A stretch of DNA of 64,000 nt from Octopus vulgaris (Eukaryota). A model generated the notes under the pieces. It was not told the origin of the DNA, ran no database searches, and saw only the letters and a program-made list of their open reading frames with translations. The position numbers and the translations under genes were made by a program. Positions within the stretch are counted from its first letter, which is position 1, and each line of letters starts with the position of its first letter. The stretch lies in the NCBI GenBank assembly GCA_951406725.2, contig OX597817.1, forward strand, positions 91,574,001-91,638,000, written 5' to 3'. Below are positions 54,237 to 64,000 of the stretch, in pieces.

Positions 54237-54440
54237 ACTTTATTCAAAAGCAGCAGAAACACAACAAAAGCTGTTACTCGGAGTTTCACGTTCCCGTTCG
54301 TCGGACAGTTTTGCTAACTCCAAGTAACAGCTCTTGTTACACTTCCGCCGCTTCCAAATAAAGTATATATATGTATATACCTCTGGTATTTGAGTACTCT
54401 TTTTTCCACCTTGTTTCACATTTATGTGCTTACTCCAGTA
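54237..54440. mobile_element. Second, internally deleted copy of the 60350 palindromic family
   Basis: Same left arm and tail. HHR on minus strand 54271-54308: ctgt-CCGACGA-acg ggaa cgt-GAAAC-tccga-GTA-acag. Confidence 0.8.
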
Positions 54441-54464
54441 TACATATATATACATATATATATA

Positions 54465-54842
54465 CTGCGTCTCGTGTTTCCGAGCTTGCAATCCAGTTCA
54501 CTTTCCTGGGTGCTGGAATAGCAGATGGCTCCGCAATCCAAGGGTTGCATGAAACATACAGGGACATTGTGGATAAGGGATAGAAGGGGCTGGTTTGGGA
54601 AGCAGAAGGTGCTGCTTTCTCTCCCACCTCTTGAGTCCAGCTCTTGCGACTCAGACTTTCTTTGATGGTGTGTCTCCAGAGGGGTCTGTTTGCCAAGATA
54701 TCTTCCCAGTGTGTGAGGTCGATGCTGGTGCTTTACAGGGTTGATCTGAGTTGGTCCTTGTACTGCTTGTAGGGGGCTCCACGAGGATGTTTTCCTTCAG
54801 ACCGTTCACCATAGAGAGAGATCTTGGGAAGGCAATGTTCAT
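54465..54842 (-). mobile_element. RTE/BovB-like LINE 3' fragment
   Basis: MNEHCLPKISLYGERSEGKHPRGAPYKQYKDQL...WEDILANRPLWRHTI is a typical RTE C-terminus. Confidence 0.7.
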
Positions 54843-54943
54843 TCATACACACACACACACACACACACACACATGCACACACACACATATATACACATAT
54901 ATGTACATATGTGTATATATGTATATATACACATAAATATATA

Positions 54944-55800
54944 TTGGGTTGAGTCATAAATAATTTCCGATTTTGTTAAACATCTTTACACATGAAAAAA
55001 TTTTACAAAGAATTATTTTCAATTGTCATTATAATTGCCATTATTTTGAATGACCTCTTACCATTTATCCTGTAGCTTTTTGATTCCTCTTGAGTAAAAT
55101 TCACTTGGCTTCGACACGAAGACATTTTCCACATACATTTTCACCTGATATTGAGAAAATTTTTTCCCCATCAGAACATTTAGTAGAGAGTGTAAAAAAT
55201 GGAAATCAGTTGATGTAATATCTGGTGAATATGGTGGATGGGGTAGAATAGGCCAGCCCAAATCCAATATTTTATCCTGTGTGATAATGTGGTCTTGTGT
55301 TATAGTGGAGAAGCCCAATGTTTCTCCTATTGAAAAAGGCAGAGCATTTTCTTAAAAGATATTCATTTACACATTGCAGCTGTTGAAAGTGTAAGTCAGC
55401 ATTTAGTGTTTGATTGTGGTTTAAAAACTCAAAATGAATAATACTGTGGTGATCCCACCATACACACAACATAACCTTCCTTCAGTGGAGCTCAGCCTTT
55501 GAGGTATGTTATGGAGATTTATCCTTGTCAATCCACTGCCTTTTGCATTGAGCATTGTCATAAAAGATCCATTTTCCATCACCTGTAATGATATTATTGA
55601 GAAGCAGGCAATTTCTCTGCCTTGAAAGAAAACTTGTCGACATGGATATGTGATCTTCCCTATTCTTCTTGCTAAGAGTATGGGGAACCTATACTCCCAA
55701 CTTGCTGACATTTCCTATATTTTCCAAGTGGTGACAGATGGTGGATTGGGATGTGTTGAGGTCAATTACTAATTCCCGAGTATTTTTACAGGGACTGAAT
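54944..55800 (-). mobile_element. Mariner (DD34D) transposase fossil with one TIR
   Basis: IITGDGKWIFYDN, MLCVWWD, HYNTRPH, LPHPPYSPDITSTDFH, FYSRGIKKL; TA|TTGGGTTG terminus at 54944. Confidence 0.88.
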
Positions 55801-55972
55801 TCCACTAAATGGAATTCAAATCCCCGTAACTTGGTGGGTCGGCAAAGAGACCAATAGAATAAGTAGGAGGCTTACAAAGGAGTCCTTGGGGTAGATTTCT
55901 TTGACTAAAGGTGGTGCTCAAGCATGGTTGCAGTCAAATGACTGAAACAAGTAAAAGAACTTATATATATAC

Positions 55973-56025
<53 letters not shown>

Positions 56026-56099
56026 GTGTATATATAGATAAATAGATAGATTGATAGATAGATATGCATACATATGGCAGCATATGGTTGCGTGTGCAG

Positions 56100-56897
56100 T
56101 GAGAGCTAGCAGTGATTCCCCCATGATGCAGTGTGCTGAGTGACATCACTGTCTTTACTTCACAAGTTGTGTTTTTCTGATCACATGTATACTGTAGCTC
56201 GCGCTTTTACAAACAAATAAATTTTTGTGAAATTTTGCATTAAATTTGGTAAGTCTGCTACAGAGACATTGAGCATGCTTCACCATGTTTATGGTGATGA
56301 GGCAATGGGTTATGCAATGTTTTGTGTGCCATGGGTACTTCAAAAGCAGAAGAACATCCCTAGAAGATGATTAACAATCTGGAAGACCTGCCATGAATTC
56401 ACACCCAGAAATATGGTATTGTGCATCAAGAATTCATTCCCCAGTTGACATTTTGGAGTGGTTGGTGGGGGACATTTGATGAAAGTGGTCGGATCTGTGG
56501 AGCATGAAGAATTAGACTCTTCATGGTGTCAATGTACCCAGTAACCAAGCTTTCCTCACTCAGAAGTTTCTCACCATAAACAACATGGTATCACATCTGC
56601 ACCCACCCTATTAAACAGATTTAACTCCTGCAGACTTCCATCTCTTCCCAAAGATGAAAATGAAGCTCAAAGGTCACCATTTAAATACCATTGTTGGGAT
56701 CCAGAGTGAATTGTAGAAGGTCCTTGAATTGTTTACAGAAAACGACTTCCAGGCTGGATTCCAGTGGCAGGAATGCTGGGCCTGGTGTATTGCTGAGCAA
56801 GATGACAATTTTGAAAGAGGTGATGTTAAAACTTACATAAATAAGTTATTTTTTATTAAACTTCACTAGTCATGGAACATTTTGATACCACCTTCTA
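56100..56897 (+). mobile_element. Internally deleted mariner fossil (second family)
   Basis: KFCIKFGKSATETLSML...SLEDD..SGRP; HPPY*TDLTPADFHLFPKMK; 3' end ggaacattttgataccaccttc-TA. Confidence 0.8.
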
Positions 56898-57480
56898 TAT
56901 CTATCTATATTTATATATATACAAACACACGCATATATACAAATATATTTGCATAGAACATACAAAATAGAGAGTACTAAGAAGAGAAGACATGGTTTCT
57001 TAACCCAAACAACTGTTCCAGGACACCTGGAATTATATAATTGTGATGTTTATAATTAGCAATGGTATGTGATTGATAAGAAAAGCTGTTAGCCATGATG
57101 ATGACACTATGATTATAAGATTATCAATATCTATAGGAGATATAGCATCTGATACAAGGGAGTATATTTCTCTGACAATAAAATTTTATCTTTCTATTTG
57201 TAGAGCCTTTCTCTGAGCTGAATATTCATCTCAGAAATATAATGATTTCTAAAATAGGTACAAGGCCTCAGATTTTACATGAAGGTCTAATTGATTATTA
57301 ATTAACTCATATATTCTAAATAGTGCGTATTTTATCACCCCAAAAGGATAAAAAGTCAACCGCAGCAGAATTTGAATTCATAACACAACACTCTATATTG
57401 GATTATGCATCTTCAGGTAAGTGAGTATACCCTAGCACTTCACCACCATCTCTCTCCTACACTCACTTGCACACTTGATA

Positions 57481-57524
<44 letters not shown>

Positions 57525-57601
57525 CTCTTGCTCTTCCCTCTGGCTAGGTAACCAAGTATCTCCATTACAGCAGCACAACTGTATTTATCTTCTTTCTTGT
57601 T

Positions 57602-57646
<45 letters not shown>

Positions 57647-59319
57647 CCTCTCTTTCTCTGGCCAGGTAACCATGTACCTTCTCTACAGCAAGACACTTGT
57701 TTTGGCCTCACTGTCTTAGTCACACTCTAACCTTTCATTATCCAACACAGGATCACCTCCTCCAATCAGTGCCCCTCCCCTCTCAAAGACGTCTTGTCTT
57801 GCAAGTTACTTGGTAACCCAACTGGTGCTGGTACCACATAAAATTCATACAGTCCACATTGTAAAGTGGTTAGCATTTAGAAGGGCATCCAGCCATAAAA
57901 ACTATGCCAAAACTAATCTTGCTGGTGTCACATAAAATGCACTCAGTCCACTCTGCAGGGTGGTTGGTGTTAGGAAGGGCAACCATCCATAAAAACCATG
58001 TGGAAACAGACACAGAAGTCTGGTGCAGTCTTCTGTCTGTCCAGCCTGTGCCAGCAAGGAAGGCAGACATTAAATGATGATGATAATGATGATGATGATA
58101 ACTTAAAGTGAGATAAATTAATTAATTGAAAAGTTAAAATGTGTCTTATTCTCACTAGATGATTAGGCTAGAGTTAATCTTAGTTTAGCAAACTAGCTTA
58201 TTGCCTTTAAGAAACTGAGAGTGCAAGACTCCCACTCAAATGGGTTGCCTGTCTATTTCAGGATTAATCCCAGCTGCTACTGGCATACATTTTTAGTTGA
58301 AAGCAACATAAAGAGAAGTGCCTTGGTCTGGCATACAACATGCTGCCTGGTCTGAGAACTGAACCCATCACCTAACAATTATAAGCTCAATGCTCTTACG
58401 TTGTGTTATGCACCTTTGGGTAACTAAATACAGTGGATATTTTCCAGCCAGCACTCTAATCCTTCCACATGGAACAATAGTAACACCAGAATATTAGTTT
58501 CTGTATCACTTTTATGAGAAAGGAGAACCAAGAATGTGTGACACATATGCAGCTCTCACATAAGATCATTAGTAGTATGACAACTACTTTAATGAATGGT
58601 CATGGAAGGAGAGGAATGGTGACACAAGTAAAACTTCATTAAGAACATTATTGATGTCATTAACAATGCAACAATACCACAACCACCATCAGTAACAACA
58701 ACAAACCAATGAAGGTGCCTCTACATGGTTGTACAGCATGCTAGAAATAACAGTCAAATCTTCCTTAAATCACAACTTAGTAGCATGCTACGTAATGTAG
58801 TTCTGAATAATCCTAAAATGTTGAAATGTTTATGGCTGGAATATCTCAAATTAGGATTGACAATGGAACTAATCAATGCATCTATCCCTACGAATAGCAG
58901 CAGCAGCAGCAACAACAACAGCAACAATAACAACAACAGTTCAACAAGGATACTGTATAAGGTTAGTTCACTTGCTAGAAGTAGCATTCAAATTTTTGAA
59001 TGAAGGTCAAGACTGAAAATCATGATGACCATAATCAGAGAATCTTTGATCATATGAAAAGTAGCCTGGAGTGAAACAACAACAATAACAAAAACAACAC
59101 TATGTAATTACAACAGCCAAATAGCTTTGCAAATAAACCCAACTGACTGTGAAAACTCAAACAGATATGTCAAAGTCAATTCTGTAACTGTATGCCCAAT
59201 AATAAGATGGGTCTGTCACAGTTGGAATGCTTGGAAAACAACAGAAATTCCAACACTGAACACACAAAGCAATATAGAAGATCACCTTGTTCAATATGCT
59301 TGAAGTACTAGTCAAATGT

Positions 59320-59465
59320 CAGGGGCAGATCCAAGGAGGGGGTGTGGACTCCCCAAGAAAGGAAGTGCTCCCTTCTAAATAGTGTTATTACGCCATTTTC
59401 TCCTGGAATTGTATTCCCTTCTGACTTTGTGTCCTCTCCACAAAAAATTCCTGGAACCGGTCCTG
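59320..59465. mobile_element. 146-bp MITE
   Basis: caggggcagatccaagg / cctggaaccggtcctg imperfect TIRs; AATGT on both flanks. Confidence 0.55.
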
Positions 59466-59837
59466 AATGTTCTTCAATTTATCTTTTCACTTTCAGAGAA
59501 ATATGAAATAATGTAATGTTATTGTCAGAGCTCTGTATCTAAAGATAAAAAAAAGGTGAGGTGGTCACAGTTAGCATGCATTTGATCATAGTTTAGTTTG
59601 AGCAGTGTCAATATGGGCTAAACAACAACAAAACCAAGAAATATTTGATATACAGTTTCCATGGAATATCTGAAATATTGAATCTGTGACTCACACTCAG
59701 ACATTCAAACAAATATGTGCCATTGGGCTGCCTCAGAAAGCCTAACAACAAGCTAAATGATGACAATAGGAACAACAACAAAGTAATTAAAAGTCATAGC
59801 ACCATTGTTGATGTATAACTTTTCAGATAAAACTTAC

Positions 59838-59890
59838 CTCTCAAATTCAAACACCTTGTTATGCTTTGATGATCGGACACAAATGTTTTC
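59838..59890 (-). CDS. KIF25: KIF25-like kinesin-14, exon A (most 5' exon found in window, 53 nt): ENICVRSSKHNKVFEFE(R)
   Basis: Minus strand ttattttcag|GAAAAC...GAGAG|gtaagt; phase 0 to 2. KVFEFER joins in frame to VYGP of the next exon, matching the kinesin F.FDRVY/F motif. Confidence 0.85.
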
Positions 59891-60039
59891 CTGAAAATAA
59901 ACAAAATGTGTATGAATACATACATACATATACACACATACAGATGTGCATGTGCATATATATATATATGTGTGCATGTGCATACATTTACATATATAGA
60001 GAGATATACAGATAGATAGATAGATAGATAGATAGATAC

Positions 60040-60086
<47 letters not shown>

Positions 60087-60090
<4 letters not shown>

Positions 60091-60301
60091 GGGTGCTGAA
60101 AAGTTCCTGATTTAAAGGTTATTGCAAAGTCTGGCTGGAGGTCCAACCTTCCAAGTTCTCTTACAGGGCTTAGAAAAAGTGAAGGACTGCTACAATAAGT
60201 GTGTGAATCTGAGAGAAGAATATTGTTAAATAAAATCATAATAAACTGATCTACTTGTATTTTCTTTTACCCAAGGTCAGGAACTTTTCAGCACACACTC
60301 A
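60087..60301. mobile_element. Mariner-derived MITE
   Basis: TIRs gtgctgaaaagttcctga / tcaggaacttttcagcac, inserted in (TA)n. Confidence 0.75.
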
Positions 60302-60349
60302 TATATATATATATATACATATAGATATATATATATATAGATATATATA

Positions 60350-60639
60350 CTTTATTTAAAGCAGCAGAAAATTCAACAAAACCTGTTACTCTGAGTTTCG
60401 CGTTGCCGTTCATCGGACAGTTTTTGCTAGAATAGAACCGATATGTCAATTCTATCCAGTCTGGATAGAATTGACATATCGGTTCTATTCTAGCAAAAAC
60501 TGTCCGATGAACGGCAACGCGAAACTCAGAGTAACAGATTTTGTTGAATTTTCAGCTGCTTTAAATAAAGCATATTACTCTACCACTGGTATTTGAGTAC
60601 TCTTTTTTCCACCTTGTTTCACATTTATGTGTTTACTCC

Positions 60640-60642
<3 letters not shown>
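60350..60642. mobile_element. Near-perfect 221-bp palindrome with an outward-facing HHR motif in each arm plus a 3' tail (PLE-type fold-back insertion)
   Basis: 110-bp arms 60350-60459 and 60461-60570, 2 mismatches, 1-nt loop. ctgt-CCGATGA-acggcaacgc-GAAAC-tcaga-GTA-acag at 60500-60537(+) and 60383-60420(-); flanked by (TA)n. Confidence 0.85.
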
Positions 60643-60676
<34 letters not shown>

Positions 60677-61179
60677 GCATACATATTATCATCATCACCA
60701 TCATCATTTAATGTCTGTTTTCCATGCCTGCATGGATTGGATAGTTTAACGGGAGATGTAAGCCAGAGAGCTGCACCAGGCTCCAATTGTCTGTTTTGGT
60801 ATGGTTTCTATAGCTGGATGCCCTTCCTAATACCTACCACTTTACAGAGTGTACTAGATGCTTTTTAGATGGTGCCAGTACAAGTACTTTTTACATGGTA
60901 CTAGCATAGGTGCTTTTTATATGGTACCAGCATGGGTGCTTTTTATGTGGTATCAGCACCTGAAGGGTGATCATTAGCTTGCAGGACAAGAGACTCTCAG
61001 CTGAGAGAAGGAGTAGAACCGAGAGAAGTGGTCATGTGCTAGGTGAGAGGTTAGAGTATAATAGAAGGACAGGAAATACTGTCTTACTACCCCAGTAGGA
61101 CAAGCAAAAAGAGGGAGATGTGATAGAGTTAGGGAGAAAGATAGAGACAGTCAGAGTCTATTGTGGCACAGAAGATTCA

Positions 61180-61800
61180 TTTCAAACTCAAGTTATCAGG
61201 TTATAAATTTCAGATGAAATATGATCCCCACCTGCTCTCAGAATTTCAACTGGAATACCATCCAATCCAGGAGCTTTACCTGATCTCCGTTTACATAATG
61301 TATTGCACTCTTTTTGCAGAATGTTGTTTATGATATGCATGTTTACAGCAGATGGATTGCGAAAAAGATCTGCAAAGTATTCATTATTCGAGGAGGATCT
61401 TTACTAACCACATTTCCATCTTTCGACTTCAAGGGAACATATGATGAAGATTGCAGTCCAAAAGCTTGCTGCAATAAACTATAGAAACTTTTAATGTCCT
61501 GTCCTAGGCTGCTTGTACTTCCTCAGATAAATTTAAGCCTCTTGAGTTCTTTTTGCAAGTCTGCTTCCTGAGAATTGTACAACTTTTCTAGTTGCACTTT
61601 GTTTTTAACCTTCAAAATGAACTTTGCAACATCTCTTCTGAAACAACAGCAAAATCTGTGGTTGTTTTAGCAGCTCTACATCAATTTTCTTTGGTACTTG
61701 TACACCTGTGCTACTAATCTTCTTATGGACCCTGAACATGAACTTGGCCCTAACCATTTTGTGGTCTGGATCACAATCAGTACCTTACAATACTCTGAGA
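61180..61800 (-). mobile_element. Degraded RTE LINE fragment (end of APE endonuclease to RT linker)
   Basis: [22 protein letters not shown]...[11 protein letters not shown]; KSFYSLLQQAFG...VPLKSKDG; several stops. Confidence 0.6.
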
Positions 61801-61818
61801 CTGTACAAATCTAGTAAA

Positions 61819-61887
<69 letters not shown>

Positions 61888-62035
61888 GTATATACATACA
61901 CACAAATACACACACACACACAGTCAAAAGGAAGAGTAAGAATGGTTAGGCAGCTTTTTAATAATTACTGCAAATGTTTCAATACACCTCAACTAACTAT
62001 ATATATACATATATACATATATACATATTTATATA

Positions 62036-64000
62036 CTAGCTGGCATACCCAGTAATTCCTGGAGAAGCAAGGCTTATCCCTTGGTTCCATTCTCATAATT
62101 GTTTCACTAATCTAACCACAATACAAAGTATGTAGCCCTTAAAACGGTTTTTGTGCATTTACAGAGAATACTGAACTGTCTTACTTAGGAGCTTGTTTTT
62201 AGAAAATCGCAATAATTTATAAATACCCAAATTGTGAAGTCAGTTATTTAATAACATGAAATTAGTTACTCGATAGTAAGAATTCAAATAAGGTAGCCCT
62301 TAAAACAGCTTTAATGTGTTCCCAGAGTATTATATAGAACTTAGGAAGAAATATCAATAAGGTATGTATACCAAAATCGTGAAGCATGTTATGTAATAAC
62401 AAACTAATCGGATATGAGATAATAACAATTCAAAGTAAATAACTCTGAAAAGAGCTTTTGTGCATTCCCAGAGCATATAACTCTTAGGAGTGCTAGTGTT
62501 GAAATAGATCTACAATGAACCTAGAAACAGACTGACAATTAGTTTTACAGTAGACATACAGATAAATTTACATATGGTTTTAAAAATAAAATAACATGTA
62601 GATTATCAATACATTTCCAACACTTACAAATATTACAGTTAAATAATAAATACCTTATGGTTTGGTGAATCTTATTAAGTTTGCAGTGCTTCTTGATAAA
62701 CAGCACTTTTGGTCTTTCCTCATGGGGCATAAATAAACAAATGATTAGGATTGCTGACTTTGGAGCATCCCACATAAAGTTGACCATGGGAGAAAACTGG
62801 TTCCACAAGGTTCAGATCTACCACATCCAAGAATTGCCCCTGGGCCTTGTTAATGCTCATTGTAAAGCTCAGTTTCAATGGGAATTGCAGGTGCTTGTAC
62901 TGGGAAGGCATATCCAAGGGAATAAGTGGAATTCTAGGAATGAATACAAGCTCACTGCTTATTCTAGCAGTCAAAATTGTTGTCTCCAAGACTGCTGGCA
63001 CCATCTTCTTTATTATAAGTCGCATACTATTCCAAAGCTTTGATGGATTGAGGTTTCAAAGCAGCATAACTTTGACCAAATCTTGAGGTGGAAGTTGTAA
63101 GGTGGGAGGCTGGGTGGTATTAGACTATTCAAGAATTCAACTGGATAATTCACAGCTTCATCGATGTCGAGTACAGTGTCAATGGAATTGTAGATGTGAC
63201 GCTTACTTGGCAACTGTTCCAGAAGTTTGGTGTCCAAACCATCAACTGCCACATTCTTTTAAGTTAAAATGGCATGGGTTTTCAGCCAGTTGTGGTTTGT
63301 AAACTGATTCCTCAGGTTAGGAAACATCTTATTCATTAGTTCCTTTAAATCAGATACCATTTGTCTCAGCAGGAATGATTTGTGTGGCCACCACTTAGCA
63401 GAATTACAGCTATTCCACTTGATGTCACTGCTATGGCAATGTTTCATTTGGCGCAGTTTAGCCAGAAGAAAGTTGATGACAAATGCCTTGCCAGTTCAAC
63501 CTGGAGCATCCAGAAAGAAAAGATCTCCTCTTTCACATTCAATGCTCGAAATAATGGCCCTATAAACACCCAGTTGGTCCTCCATTAGTTTGTGTTCATT
63601 ATCAGCTATATACACCATCATTTCCTCGATATCATATCTGATTTCTCACAGGTACTCAATTGCAAGATTGTTTGTTGCCTGCTCTGGTTGACACAGACCA
63701 AATGTGGCAGTGCCTTGACCTCCCATAACTTGCACCCTGGTGTCCAAGTCAAGTAATGCCTCATTGTAAATGGTGTTATTGAATGTGGCATTTCCACTGA
63801 GGTTTGCCTTTGAATCCTTTGTAGGATGTCCTCTGCTATGCTGGTTTTGTGGGTCACCCAAAATTTGAGAGGCTCACCCAAGCCACGTCATCAACCTTAT
63901 AGAAAATAGCTGGCACAGTAGACTTAGTGCTCTGCTGACTGCTGCCTCCTCCAGTGTCTGGTCCCAGTGAGCATCATCCTCCAGCAGCCCATGTTTGGCT
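62036..64000 (-). mobile_element. Helitron 3' part (degraded Rep/PIF1 helicase), runs off the right edge
   Basis: FIPRIPLIP...QFPLKLSFTMSINKAQGQ...VFSHGQLYVGCSKV; NYPVEFLNSL. 3' terminus has a hairpin-like stretch then CTAG|T at 62036. Confidence 0.9.

Noticed and set aside
59891-64000. Upstream kinesin exon (GNIRV.CR.RP)
   Set aside because: Not found by eye; the region is filled by a MITE, the palindrome, RTE fragments and a Helitron, so the exon is probably outside the window.

Overview
AT-rich, microsatellite-dense animal DNA; the repeat landscape suggests an octopus-type cephalopod (inference). Most of the window is intronic sequence of one minus-strand kinesin-14 gene resembling KIF25. 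Four consecutive GT-AG exons (59890-59838, 47544-47470, 25810-25661, 5394-5233; 440 nt) splice into one open frame carrying the P-loop. The introns hold RTE LINEs (one near-intact copy with a PHD finger inside its RT), a stack of Dong/R4 elements in (TAA)n, Penelope-like (PLE) remnants, Helitrons, mariner/Tc1 fossils, MITEs and many SINEs. The most striking non-coding signal is about ten loci with hammerhead-ribozyme (HHR) motifs from several unrelated families. Many sit in fold-back insertions in (TA)n tracts, one has a fully canonical core in the sense of the host pre-mRNA, and one palindrome joins a tRNA-like Pol III head to an HHR tail. All calls are by eye; no alignments, folds or searches were run.
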